Shown: positions 25,701-39,077 of the stretch, piece by piece | How positions within the stretch are numbered: position 1 is the first letter of the stretch | How the letters are laid out: each line of letters starts with the position of its first letter | DNA from: Moniliella sp. 'wahieum' | Lineage: Eukaryota | Reading direction: 5' to 3' | Length of the DNA stretch: 64,000 bases | Assembly: GCA_003971905.1 (NCBI GenBank) | Contig: RSEE01000095.1 | Span: 62,001-126,000, forward strand | Notes under the pieces: generated by a model | Database searches by the model: none | Seen by the model: the letters and a program-made list of their open reading frames with translations, nothing else | What the model was told of the DNA's origin: nothing | Translations under genes and position numbers: made by a program

Positions 25701-27264
25701 GGTGCCACCCGACACGGCACGGAACTGATGTACTGATGTACTGATAGAAGAAGTGGATTTTGTTGGATTGATTTTGTGGGTGCATATATCGATCGTGTGG
25801 ACCTCGGAGAGAAAGGCGGAGACGGTGGGGGAAAGTGTGGAATCCGCATGTGTACCCTGTACGCCTCCTCCGTATGTCACATGGCGCAGTGCCTTTGAAA
25901 GCGCATGAGCGTGCAAAAGGACATATGACAGGACTATCCCGACGCATTGCTTGACACATGACACATTGTGGCACTAAAATGACATGGACATGTGACATGA
26001 TGACACGTGGTGCGGAGGCAGTTATCACATGTCAATCTTAGGCGGCGCTCGTGGGGACGTGTGGACATGAGGCATGAGGTGCATGAGGCCGAGGCATAAT
26101 GCATGAAGCTTCAAGGTGAAAAGCAGATGGGGTTAAAGTGGGTCTGGATGTGTTGTATGTTCGCTGAACGCGTTGAACGTTGAACATGGAAAACTGTAGC
26201 GACGTCCTGGTCCACCTGGCTATGATAGAGACCGCAACAGCTGCTGAAGCTGGAGCGTTTAGGCCTTAGGACAGTAGCGTAGGCGATCGATTGCGGGCGA
26301 GAGATAGGCGTTGGTGGGAGCAAGACGAAGGCTACAGGAGAAGGCTATACATTGGTGGCTTACGCGGGTACGTGCGCAGCAGTCTTTGGAGCCCGCGGAG
26401 CCTCGGAAACAGTGAGGCCGGAAGTGCCCAGTGCCCGCGATGGGTGAAGCCAGTCACCAGCACCGTCGCAACAGAACACGGAGCACGTACTGTAACAAAA
26501 CGTGGGCCGGTGGGAGCTGGCTCAGCCTGAGCGCTGAGGCTGAGCAGCGTAAGAGTGACTAGTGAGCCCGTGGCGGCATCGGAAGGTCGTCGATGATCTT
26601 GATGATCGGTATCGATGCTGGTGTGGTTAGAATGGCAGGCGATAGGGGGAGGCGAGCGTGTGATTGAAGAACATGGTGTCCAGTATGTTCCGTACGCAGT
26701 CTCAGTACTCAGTGCCCTGTGCCCTGTGACCTTGAAGCTTGATGGTCGATGGTTGATGGTCGCTGATATGATGCATGGCATGCATGATGCGCCAAGGGCG
26801 GCAGCACATCCAGTGCGGGGGAAGTGCGCGCTGGTGCTGGCGGGGGCAAGGGGGCGGTGTGCGCGCTGGGTGGCGCCCAAATCTGTGATCGGAGGCGCAG
26901 GACCCTGGAGGCTTGACACGCGCGCCGTGCTGGGCCGAGCGGAGGATCCATGGTCGATGATCGATGAGGGTGAGCGCTGAGCAGGGCGTGGGTCGCCTGA
27001 GGCGTTGGAGGCGGAGCGGCGCAACCGTATCAGACCGTATCGACTATCCGAGACAGACGGGGGCAATGGGTCTTTTCATACTCTCCACGCGATGCCATCT
27101 ACGCCATGGGCGGCGCCGCTCTTGGGGGGGCCAGTCCGTCACCATTAATCCACGGCCCACAGCCCGCGCTTCTGCCCTTCTCCCCCTCCTCTTCTTCCCC
27201 CCGCCACCACCACCACTACCACGTCGCCCCCCCGCTTCTCCAATAGCTGCTGCTCTCCACGACG

Positions 27265-30200
27265 ATGCGCGTGCGTCGCACATCCAACAAGCCCGCCTCC
27301 GTCCCAGCACACAGCGTGTTTAGTCCCGCATTCATCCCCACCACTGCCGGCGCCCCGCCCGCCCCGTCCCCTGCCCTTGCCGCTCTTGAATCAGCCCGAG
27401 CCTATGCTGCAGAAGTGACTCCGTGGGAATTGGAACAGGGTGGTGCGTACAGTCTTCTCCCTCCCCCCTCCCGGAATGGCCCTAAGCTGACGACATAATC
27501 ACGGTTCCCCTAGGCATCTACCATCCATCCTCTTCGCCCTCTGGTATGCTCTCCTCTAGCACGCCTGCATCTGCACCCGCATCTGTACCCTCATCTGCCC
27601 CTGCGCACGCCTCACCCTTGAAGCGCCTTGACCAGCGCCGCTCTGACCGCCAAGGGTCTGCTCAGCTCTCCCCTGCAGGCTCTGCCCCGCCTGGCAAACG
27701 TTCCAGCCGCTTCGCTAGTCTACTCGGGCGGAGAGAGCGGATCAACTCGGCTACTAGCCTCACTACCCCAACTCCCCTCCAGCAGCCCATCTCCCCTTGC
27801 CTTACGCCCTCCCCAGCGCCCTCGACGTACCAATCGGGAAACTCTAATACCAGCTTCGACCTTGTCCCCAACCTCTCCACAGGCCGCCTGACACTTTCTC
27901 ACAGCGTGGACAACTCAACACTTGCGTCCTCCTCCGAGTGTGCGTCACTTAACAGCCATTCCCGCAGCCAAACCCATCTGGCCACATCTACATCCGAGCG
28001 TCAGCCCAGCAAGGTACTTGGTGGGGTACCCATCCAGTCTGTGCTGGATGTGCATGATGAGCCCGAGTGCCCCATTTGTCTCGAGGCTCTGTCACTTCGG
28101 CTCAAGGAGAGAGGCAACATGTCGTGCCCAACTGCGGTCATGCCGTGCACCACGACTGTTTTACCGCTGTCTATGGGGATCCCAAAACAGTGCTGGGCCG
28201 CACAAGAGCGAAGAGAGCGGGTTAGGTTGTTGCGCAAGCAATCCACTGGCCCTATGGCCGGTGATGACGAACTGCTGTGCCACGTGTGTCGCAAACAAAT
28301 TGTCCTCGGTGGAGAACGAACAACGATCTCCAAATCGGCTGCGCTAATGGGGTCGGTTCTTCCTTCTTCCCGCACATCTCTCTCCTCTGAAGCATCCTCC
28401 AGTCGCGCCCCCACCTCCGACCTCAATGGAGACGACAAGGTCGAGCCGGTGCGGATGGGGAAAACCATTATTCAACCTGAGCTGAGCGTGACAAGCGATT
28501 TCGCACCCATCTGTCGACGTGAACCTGGACCGGATGGACTGCAACGGCTCAACCTCCTCTTGACCGTATCTGTACCGGGAAGGAGGTCTGCGCACGAGTA
28601 TGGTCCGGGACCTGGCCGCACCCTCCAACGTCACGGGAGCAATGGACTCTCCAGCCGCCCGCTTAGCATTGCCTCCACCACCACCATTGCCGCATTGACC
28701 CACCGTGCCCCCCGTACCCCTCCACTACCAGCTGCGTCTCCCCTGACTCCAAGTCCAGAATGGACGAGTGTGTCGGAAGAGCACACCAAAAAGCTTTACG
28801 CGCTCCTTGAAGAGGGCAGTGATTCTCCGTTGCCGAGCCCTGCTGGACCGTCGCTAACGGGTGAAGCATTGCGCGACCAAGTCAAACTGGACATTAACGA
28901 GCGTATCGTTGATTGGAAAGGTCACCATCTTGAGCACTTTGGCGAACTGCACTACTTTGACACGCTGGACGTGTTCCAAGATACAACCGTGCGGCAATTG
29001 GGGTCTATTTGTTGAAGAAGCACTTTTGTGTACGCTCGAGGACAGGAGGAAGCGAGTGAGCAGATACTTGAGCGTTCCCCACTCACTCATGGACGATGCG
29101 CCACCTACTACCCCACCTTCGGTCCGCGCTCCCTCTGCACTTAAGCTCAAGGACGGATTTACCTCCGCCACATCCGCTCCGTCGTCAATACTTCTTCCCC
29201 TACCCAGCCCGCTCTGAGCATCAAAATGATTGACGATACTCTGTCTGACTTTGTGATGGTTTTCCATTCGGACCAGCAAGCTTACCTGTGGAAAAAACGT
29301 TTGGAGGCGTTGATTTATCACCTGCAAAACCCTGGTGAAAAAGTACCCCTTCGTGGACACGACCTTACGGGCGCACAGAGGAGATGATCTCTACCCCGGG
29401 TCATCATCCCCCTTGCTTCACCCCCACGGAATCGAGGACGATATCATGTCTCCTTCCCCTGACTCGCCAGGCAAAAACAGTATCGCTTATCTCGTGCCTC
29501 GTCGGGGGGGAAATCGGCAGCACTTTCCACCTCACGTTCCTTACCGCCTCCATCGCCTCAAACTGCTCTGCCACCCATCCCGCGCCCGACGGATCCATGG
29601 ACCGTTACGCCTTTGCTCCTGAAGTCCCACACGAGGCACCGAGTCTCTACCCCCACGCACCCATTGACTTGGTCTTTGTAATGGCCATCCCCTCTGCACA
29701 AGGAGGCTGGATCCCCAAGACGCACTCCAGCTCGGCATGCTCCGGTCTACGTTGCTCTTCCTTTTGGATACAGTAGGAGATAAGAGTAGGGTGAGCCTGG
29801 TTGTCTACCATCCCGCACTCTGCTCCGACGGTGGATTCATCGCCAAGACGCATCTGCTGCGCCCTGGCTTGCCCTCTAGTCGCGAGACGCTGATGGCCTT
29901 TTTGGACTTGCTGACCACAGCAACGGCTGACACGATGGGTGCGTATGCAGAGGACCTGACCCAGCTGGGGGGAACCTGCGATCGGATCGATACAGCTGCG
30001 GCGCTGAATGTGGGTCTGGACGTGATGCTACAGCGGACGAGCCGGAACCCCGTGTCGGCGATTTGATGGTGACGATTGTCCTACGGGACCGCGCCGTACG
30101 GCCATGGACCTCGTCTTGTCCCGTGCCGAGATGGCCAGCTGTCCTGTCCACTGTTTCGGCCTGGGCGCCGCGCACGATCCTAGCTCCCTCTGGCTGATTG

Positions 30201-31288
30201 CGTCCCACACCAAGGGCTCGTACACGTTTCTTCGACAGAGCTCGGAACTACGTGTCTGCCTCGCGGGGTGTGTAGGCTCGCTCCTTTCGACTGCCATGAC
30301 AGATGTGGTGCTGCGAATCCAATTGGCCTCCACGCCTATTTTTGCGCGCAAGCCCAAGCACAGTTCTTCCCACCTCGTCGACGAAGCAGGCAAGGTGATC
30401 GAGGTACCCTCGGGTTGATTGCCTATGGCCAAAAACGTGATGTCCTACTAGAACTCGTGTTTGACTTGATGAGGTGTACCAAAGTGTCCATACCAACTTG
30501 CCCTTGCACTTGCCCGACGTGGAGCTTAACGCGGCCGATGACTACCTCACCCAATTCGGCTTTGACCACAGCATTGCTCACCACGCCACAAGGCGGTGTG
30601 GACGTGGTGGAAGAAGTGGCAATCTTGACAGCCGATGTGGCCTACCGAGATCCGCAAACCCACCTCTCCGTCCCACATAGTCCCCCCGTACACTTCCACA
30701 CTGAAATGGACGCTGCGCGGCGCGATCCTACGCTGGGCTTGTCAGCCGCTCAAACTGCCGCGCTCGCCCATCCTGCCATTACGCGACGAACGATGGAAAC
30801 GCTCACTTCGGCTTAGTTACCAACTGCCTCCTGGTCGCCCAGCGCGACTTAAACCAAGCGTTTACCTTGTTGCAGAGCAACCGGCGTATGCTCGAGTCGG
30901 TCCTACATGCTCTCCCTGGCCATCGTACCTCTCCTTCACTTTGCACTGCGTCTGCGTTCTCCGCGGCTGAGTCCGACGGTGCGCGTCGCGCCTCCCCTCC
31001 CTCTACGAGGACGATGGCGAGGACGACCTCCTTGGCCCCTGGGACAAACGAGGGGCAGACGCTTTGGTAGCCATGTTGGAAACGTTGGACACGCTCTTGG
31101 CTGTTCTCGGGGCCGAAACTAAACGCCCCACAGGACGGTTCGAACGCGAAGGCCGTAAGTTGGCCGCTCAACAGGCCATGGTCTTGCGTTCGCAATGCGC
31201 TTGGTCCAGTCGCTCTAATCTCGAACATCTCTTGTTTGGCAACGACAATGGACCTGCCTTGGCGGCGCTGGCGTTGCTCCAACGCTAA
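27265..31288 (+). CDS. RING-H2 / PH / vWA protein (Far1/Ste5-type architecture), copy 1
   Basis: RING-H2 PECPICLE..(frameshift)..CGHAVHHDCF..CHVCRK. PH: DWKGHHLEHFGEL...LKLK(G)RIYLRHI. vWA: PIDLVFV, RVSLVVY, ALNVGLDV, VHCFGLGAAHDPSSLWLIASHTKGSYTF. Intron 27443-27513. Confidence 0.85.
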
Positions 31289-31846
31289 GGCATACGGTCA
31301 TCCGTCAATATCCACCGATATTCAATGCGCTCCATCACCCTCTTCATCGTGTCTTTTCGCACTGCATGAAGCTTGGAGATTGAAGCTTGAAACACTTGAA
31401 CAAGCTGGAACCCATACTTTAGATCGAACATACCGAATACCACTGACTTGGAAGACTCCTGTTATCGATGCCCTAACATCCCTTAGGCCTTCCCCGGTAG
31501 CGAGTACTACCCGGCCCTTAGATACTCCTAGATGAGACCGAAGGTAATGATAGTACCGCCCTATTAATTGGACCAGCGAGGGCCCTAGCACGCTGCTTCT
31601 TCTTCTCTATTGTGATGGAGTACGGTTTGCGAGCCGAAGACGCTAATGGCTGATTACTGATGGTCTGCAATGAAGCTTGAAGCTTGAAGGGCCCAGCGCT
31701 CCTAAGACGTCTGGCATTAGTTGTTGCACGCCGGACTCAGGCCGAGTTCTCAGACCTGGAGGTGGCGTCCTGCGTGGCCTCCTTTGCTCCGGTAGCAAGG
31801 AGGGCAGTTGAAGTAGGCCGGGCCAGCCCATGCCTTTCAGGACGCG

Positions 31847-31886
31847 AGTGTTCAGCCGCCGACATCAGTGTTCAGCCGCCGACATC
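31847..31886. repeat. Perfect 20-bp tandem duplication AGTGTTCAGCCGCCGACATC x2
   Basis: Read directly from the sequence. Confidence 0.9.
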
Positions 31887-32194
31887 GCCTGTGTCGACGA
31901 TAAATTGGATGTAAGTCCGACGGTGGTAAGGCTGGACTCGCAGCCCTTTTTGCCCCGTCCAACAGCGCTGGAGGTTTGCCACAATCTTTAATCCACGCCA
32001 ACCACTACAAATCACCCATCACGCGTCACGCACGGCGCATCACCCACCTCACATCACGCATCCGTCAAGCCGCCATCAATTGCACCAATATTCCACTCAA
32101 CGCTGGCAAGACTGCCGCTGTCAGTCAGGCAGAGGGGGGCCCATGCATCGATTTGATCACCCGCTGCCACCACCTATTTGGGCGTAACTTTGCC

Positions 32195-32579
32195 ATGCGT
32201 CCCACGCCCGCCGTCGCCGTTGTGCGCGACCTGCAGCCCATCAAGAACTCGGCACCGCCGCTGCTCTTGCGGGGTACAGGTACGTCCCCTACCTCTTCTT
32301 CCTTTTCTCTGTCCCATGTCCCGTGTCCCATGTCCCATGTCACCCCCCCCCCCCAACTGCCAGTTGGGGGCCCCGAAGGCCCATCTGACCGTATGGCAAT
32401 GGCGTGTGCGTGCCTGCCTGTGCATGTGCATGTATCTGGTCTTTGCTTCTCTCCTCTCAGGCCCAAGCGTATGGCAACTGCATTCTGCGCTCGTACCAAA
32501 ATGTCGAGCAGGGCATGTGCGCGCGCGAGTTTGCTGCGTTCAAGCAATGTGTTCAGCAGGCCATGGGACGCGCGTGTAG
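32195..32579 (+). CDS. NDUFAF8: Twin CX9C small mitochondrial protein, NDUFAF8-like complex I assembly factor
   Basis: Exon 1 MRPTPAVAVVRDLQPIK..; intron 32280-32460; exon 2 AQAYGNCILRSYQNVEQGMCAREFAAFKQCVQQAMGR. Confidence 0.75.
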
Positions 32580-33117
32580 AGAACCAAGATTGGTACTTGC
32601 TACCCCGAGGAACATACCCTCTCTTGGTACCTATTGCCATGTGGCTTCCCCCCAACCTACCCAACCTACCCAATCTACCCCACCCCACGCAGGCCACGCA
32701 GCTCAACCTCACCCGACTGAGTCCCTTGGTTCGCTTCCGTTTGCCCTAGCTCGGTGCGCGGAGCACGTCCAACGCGATGGGACTGCCAGTGCGGCCTGTG
32801 GGCAGATGTGGGATCTCTCCGGGACCTTAGCATCATTGTACGGGTTAGTCCAGTTGCGTTTGCGTTCTGCCCCCTTGCCCACTCTACTCCAAGCTCCCAC
32901 GATTGTACTTTGTATGGCCGCTTCGTATGTATGGCTTGCACCTCCATCGTTCGCTGGCCTGCTGGAACGTGCAGTCTCACCCCCCCCCTAAGCCTCTGCG
33001 GCCACGAGGAGCTCAGTCAGCTACGAGGACGAGAGGGAGGAGAGGACGAGGCGTTTCGCGGCTCGCAAGTAGACTACATTTGAGGCAGTGCACTTTCCCT
33101 TGTCGATTGTGGCTGGG

Positions 33118-33178
33118 GGCTAGTGGCTATTGGCTAGTGGCTAGTGGCTAGTGGCGAGTGGCTAGTGGCTAGTGGCTG
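33118..33178. repeat. (TGGCTAG)n heptamer tandem repeat
   Basis: About 8 imperfect units with a CTAG palindromic core. Confidence 0.85.
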
Positions 33179-33297
33179 GAACTGGTGCTAAGTTGCGGGT
33201 GGCAAGGGCGCAACAACTGGGGATGGGCGAGCGCGAGCGGAAGGCGTGCAGAGAAAAGTGCCCGTTTCAATTTCCATCTTTCGCTTGAAGCTTCAGG

Positions 33298-33463
33298 TGA
33301 CGGGGCTATGACGCATCTGGCGAGCGGGATGGATGGATGGATGGATGGATGGATGGATGGATGGATGGATGGATGGATGGATGGATGGATGGATGGGAAC
33401 AGAGAGGAGAGGCATGCTGGTGGCATGCGTTCGTTTGGGGGGGGCAAGGCTGGTGGGATGCGT
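33298..33463 (-). repeat. Dispersed non-coding element, copy B, containing (GGAT)17
   Basis: Inverted homolog of 16201-16445; microsatellite at 33327-33394. Confidence 0.8.
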
Positions 33464-34361
33464 GCAGCGGAGGGACGGGCGAGTGCTGTGGCGGAGCACC
33501 AAGTGGCGGGTCGATTGGGGGGTTGCAATGTTCAAGCTTGCTGTGCACTGTGCGTTGTGTAGTGTGCGCTGGGGGGGCTTGCAATTTCAATTTGGGTGTG
33601 TCGATCTGGCGGGATGCGTGACGGGTGATGCCCCGCATTTGGGCTGGGGTTGAGCTGACTGTGGGGGTGCGCACTGCTCCGCATCCTCAGCACCGCAGCA
33701 CTCGCCCGCCCTTTGTTCGGTTGTGGGCGCCCCCAAACGACCGCCACGAGCACTGACGTATGTCTGCATCCGAAACGCGTACCTATGCTGCCACACTGCT
33801 CGGGTGCGCCTCTGGTGTCTGTCTTGAGGCTGCCCCCCGCAGCTGTGCGGGGTGCTGCTGTTCAGTAGTACTACCTAGTACGCGGCCATTATACACAGGC
33901 ACTCATCACACTCAGTCTGTCAACACAGGTGGGACCACAGCGGCATGCAGCCCCAGATCGCATGCCATGCTATAAAGACCATCCCCATCCCAACAATGAT
34001 CAGCACCAGCATCCCTCTTCCCTCGCGTTGATACACTGCACGCGCCTCCTCCTCTTCGCTTCGCCTTCGCTTCCTCTTCGCTTCCCCAGCACTTCCTCAG
34101 CTCTCCGTGCCCTTGTGGCCTCAACCCCACTGCCTCTCCGCCTAGGCACCCCACTGCGCGCCTCGGCCCTCAGCACGCCGCCGCCCCTCTCGATCGTTAT
34201 TATTGGCGCAGCACCTCTGTTTTCTTCATCATCTGCATCCACTCAGCATCCATATCCGCATCGCTACTCTCATCTCTCCTGCGCCATCCTCAGTACCATC
34301 ATCCCTGTACTCTTCACACTCAACCACCCCCTCCTCCCATATCATCATCCGGTCCCGCGCC

Positions 34362-37300
34362 ATGTCACCAATCGACCCCAACCACCATGCACCACGACCC
34401 AGCCCCCACCCAGACGGCACCTGGGGCCTCTACCACCCCGACCTGACCTTGTACCCCGTCCTCCCCATCCCGCCCATCCCTCCCGCCCACTACACACCGT
34501 CGGTCGTTGTGCGGCGCATCACTGCCGCCCAGTACGCGTCGCTTCAGCGGCAATTTGACCAAGCCGAGGTGCCTGGCCCCATTGTCTTCCCCTGGCTCTA
34601 TGGCGCCAACCAGCACCAGCACCAGCATGCATGCACGCCCGACCTTACGGATCTGTTGCATACGCGTCCGCGGGGCGTAGAGCCGCCGAAGTTCCGGGGA
34701 ATGGTCACCCTTCGTGCTGACATGCCCGCACCTCACGACATGTTCCTCGGTACCGCCCCGGCCGTCCACCTGTCTGTGCCTACCTCTTCCACTCCGCACG
34801 GTACCTGCTCAGAAGGGGAGGAGGAGGAGGAGGAGGAGGAAGAGGAGGATGGATGTCTCCTTGCTATTCCCACCCAGTGGGAAGGCCCAGGATCCATCAG
34901 TACACTTACCTCGTCCATTGACAGTCTCAGTCGGTGTTCGGGCCGGTTGTCGTTCGGTGAGCGCGTCAGTGTGGGGTCGACGACCAGTATGGACACTGAT
35001 AGCGAATGGTGTTCGCCCTTGTGCAAGACAACCGAGCTGGATGAAAGTAAAGAACACGACGATGGGTGGTTGTGCCAGATGGCCTCATCGGGCACGACAC
35101 CAAGTATCTCACCCTACCCCCCCTCGCTCTCCCATGCCCTTGCACACTCAAAGTTTGTGTGCCATTCGCGCGGCTTGGCCGGGGGAGAGCAGGATACATA
35201 TATCCCCCAACCCAGTCATTCCCTGTTGGTGGATACCTCCGATGCGCGAATGATTCTTATGCACCGACGGCCGACACTGGCAAACCAACGGGGAAGACCG
35301 GTTCCAATGTTTCCAATGCTTCCAATGCTGGCTTTCAGACCGTCGGCTCTCCCCTGGTCAATGGGGTGACGTGCCCACGGACACACTGGGCATATCCGCC
35401 CGTTTCCTCCCCATGGCTAATAAACCGCTGACGCCAGATGCTTTGTACGACCTGCACAACTTTGCAGGACAGCCTACTCTCTTTTCGCGCATTTCTGATC
35501 TCTTCATCTACTGTCCCGCGGGTCTTCACAGCGGTATGCTTCAACTTGCGCAATGGGTTGCGCAGGCGCAGCAGGCCCAGCGGCACGAAGTAGCTTCAGT
35601 GTGGGGCGAAGCGGCTGCGTCGATGGAGTACAATGTGTTTGTCATTGAAGATGCATTTGATGCGTTCGAGCGCCATTTCCCTTCGCTCGTCGAGGTCGGT
35701 GCCAATGGGCAAGTACATCGTTCTCTTGATTTTACCGAGGACGAACGGGAACTGTTGTGCTTGCTCTCTCAAGCTACGGCAGTGTCTCCTAACGTATTCG
35801 TACGTCTTCTCCGTGACCATAAGGTAAACCCAATGAGGGTTGTGAGGCTAACCTTCTTGGCTTGCGGTAGATTGGCGGCCCTGGCGACGTACCACAAGGG
35901 TACTACGAAGATGGGCAGGCTCAGGTGGACAACCCAGCTGGGTATGCGATTATCATCCATGCGGAGTATGGTGCGTGTACGGCGGACCAGAAGGAGCTAT
36001 ACCATTCGACTCGATACTTGGAAGAAACAGAGGCACATGTGACCCAAGCGCTCCTGGAAGACCATTTGGAGATGAGCAAGGCAAATGCAAATGCAAATGC
36101 AAATGCAGCTACAGATGCAGATGCAAATGGCGACACTGTTTTGGTCCCAGCGGAAGAAGTGACAGCATCCTGTCAACGCTACTGCCAAGGGGCCGGTGCT
36201 CTGAGTGAGCTATATTGTACCGCTTGTGCACCTACCGACTCGGTATTGGAGGTGGACAAGGTGATCGATATGGTCTTGTGGCTACACCATATGGCCGAGC
36301 AGATTTCTTTGCCAGCGAGCAAGGTGCCAATCTATGTGGGTCCACCTCCGCTTCCATTTCGCCTGCTCCGCTGCCCAGTCAATGGAGCAAAAAGATTCTA
36401 ATTTACTCGGAGGATGGGTACACGGGCACATCTATATTGATGCTTACCTGGCTCATGTACCGCTACTCTTTCAACCTACCTCCTCGCGCCATTATCTTTG
36501 CCCACACCGAAGCACTTCGCGAATTTCACCTGCAGCCGAGTCAGGTCCTATTTCTGCGCACCATCGAAGCAAGGCTGCATGAACGACTGTGTCTCGGCCT
36601 GACACCTACCCAGCAGACACCGTCAACCAGCCACGGCACCAGTTCCCTTTCCCATCGCCGCGCTCGGGCGTGTTGACCGACAGTCAAATCGCCGAAGAGT
36701 GTGTGCACCTTTGCAGTGCATCGTTCTTGGGTCCTACTGTGGAGGAAGATATGGTCATTGAAGGGGAGTGGATCAACCACCCTCAATTTACCGGCTCGCT
36801 TGCCTCTCGTATCCTGCCCAACCTTTACCTGGGAGGGACGGAGCACGCGTGCAATGCTGCTCTGCTCTGTGCGCAGGGTATAACTCATGTTCTCTCCGTG
36901 GGCGAGTCGGCACTGGTGCAATCCAAGCCGCACGATACCACGCCCGACGGTCGACCTGATCAAACCACGCTCTGGGGTGCCCATGCACTAGGACTGGTAA
37001 ACGTGTACGAACTGCCCAACCTACCCATCCTGCCCAGTCTGGCTGAGGACGAAGTCCACCCTCTGGCGACCACGTTGGCCCCAGCGGTAACTTACATCCA
37101 CAACTGCATACAGCAAGGGGGTAAGGTCCTTGTGCACAGCCGTTCAGGCACCAATCGCAGCGTGACCATCCTCTTGGCTTACCTCATGGCCTATCGCGGT
37201 GTATCACTAGAAGATGCGTACTCGTACGTGCGCTCCCGTCGGGTCGGCAGGCAGATTGAGCCCAGCTTACTCGGCTTGTGGGAACTGCGTACCTGGCATA

Positions 37301-37566
37301 TGCACATGCACAGGTACGCGCACATGCTGTTGACTCGTCCCCACGTCCTCAGGACCGACTCGGGCGGGATGACGGAAGACCCGGTTCAAGCCCAGGCTCA
37401 ATCCGTCGACCCGGACGCGGACGACGCGGAGACCGAATTTGGACTGGGACTCGGACCTTACGACGCAGACGACGCGCACACGCCTGTGCGCCCTTCTTGG
37501 TTGTCCCTCGTGTGCTGTTGGCTCGAGCCAGTAGGGTCCGGTACGGTGTTGAAGCTTGAAGGTTGA
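34362..37566 (+). CDS. Full-length Pps1-like dual-specificity phosphatase paralog with catalytic Cys replaced by Ser (predicted pseudophosphatase)
   Basis: IVFPWLYG, GISARF..LHNFAGQ..SDLFIYCP, degenerate first domain KILIYSEDGYTGTS, then FTGSLASRILPNLYLG..ITHVLSVGES..VLVHSRSGTNRSVT..YVRSRR..IEPSLLGLWEL. Intron 35800-35870. Confidence 0.85.
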
Positions 37567-37843
37567 ACGTTGAAGGTTGAAGTACGGCGACCGTAACCGT
37601 AACCGTAACCATGCGTAACATGTACCAACAGCTGTTCTACTAAAAATAAAAAGGGTTCTGCTGGCAGAAACCCTTCACCTTCTTGTCTCCGAGAGATCAG
37701 AGTGGGGTTTGTTTGTTTTTGTTTGTTGTTGTTGTTTGGTCTTGTGTGCCGTTTGTGGTTTCGTTTGATTCCAATCCACATATACCCCGCTCTCTCTTTT
37801 TCGTTTTGCTTGATCGCCACACATCTCCGTCGCGTACACCACA

Positions 37844-37892
37844 TCCGTCGTATGCGTCGTATCCGTCGTATCCGTCGTATCCGTCGCATCCG
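37844..37892. repeat. (ATCCGTCGT)~5 tandem repeat in a T-rich 3' region
   Basis: Read directly from the sequence. Confidence 0.85.
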
Positions 37893-39077
37893 TCTTGGTC
37901 TTGGTTTCATGGCCCGATCTCCTTCCCCCTCTCACCTCGTGGTACCTACTGCCCCACTGTATACTTTTTTTCATATCTTGTTGTACCGTTCCAGTTTCGT
38001 CTTCCGTCATATTCATACACCAACAGTGGTATTCAGCTGGTACCTTCTTGTACCTTTTTTTGCATCTCTCTCCTCTTAGGCCTTACTCAATATGGTTGTT
38101 TTTTTGTTCACTCTTTCCCCTCTTTCTCTTTTTATCTTGTTGTCTTTTATCTTTTATCTTTTTCTCTTTGCTCGCCCCTCCATTCCACTGGATCCGTGGC
38201 CGTTGATCGTTGATCGCTTATCTCGTTTGTCGCGTACGTTTATCCTCGAAGGAAGACGTGCCGCGCAGCCACGCAGCCACGCATCCAGGTCCAGAGTGCG
38301 ATCCGGTACTCTACTGTGTCCACTGGTGAGTGTATCCATCCGCGTAGGGCAGCAAAACAACGGTTATAGGAGTATGGCTGGGAGGCGAGAGCGATGGGCT
38401 GCAGTGGGCTCCCTGTAGTGCTTTTTCCTCGCAGGTCTCAACCCAAAGTTTTCTATAACGTCTCTTCTCTTAACTAGCTTAACTTTCCTACTAGTAGTGT
38501 AGCGCCAATATTCAATTCGCCCCACGCCGGTATGACCTGCGCCACCCATGGTCGTATTTGGTAGATGGCCTTGCTGGTTCGGATCAACAGTCGAGTATAA
38601 TACGAAGACAAATCGTCGACGCGACCTAAATGACATCGCATGTTCGGTCCGACTGACCACTGCCCAACCGAGCGGGCCATGATGCACCGAGACATTCTAC
38701 CTGGGGCGGCGGCAAACGCTATAGCAACACATGGGAGAGGGCAAGCGGCATAGAGCGTTGAATTGTACAAGCTATGCTGAAACGCATCAGCTGGTAGCGG
38801 CATACGGGTCCTAAGGGGATGAGCTACCAGCAATCCACGCACGTGCTCCGTCCGTGGGGGCAGGCAGCACAACACATCACCACCGAGCGCGGCAAGGTGT
38901 CCAGCAAGGGACGTGGGGCAGCGTCGATGGCCGCGTATTTTGGGGAGGGAGGGCGGTATGATGGAAAATGGATGAACGAGAGGGGGGGTAGGGGGACGAT
39001 GGCAGCAAGGGCTACCAAGACGGAGAGTAGAACAAGGAGGAAAATAAGGTGCCTGTCTACCGAGTAGGGCTTCCTAG

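Noticed and set aside
33169..33674. MDGW / HPSI repeat ORFs
   Set aside because: They arise from the stop-free (GGAT)17 microsatellite.
38790..38831. GCTGGTAGC..GCTACCAGC 9-bp stem as a structured RNA
   Set aside because: A single short stem with no recognisable tRNA, snoRNA or ribozyme motifs; compatible with chance.
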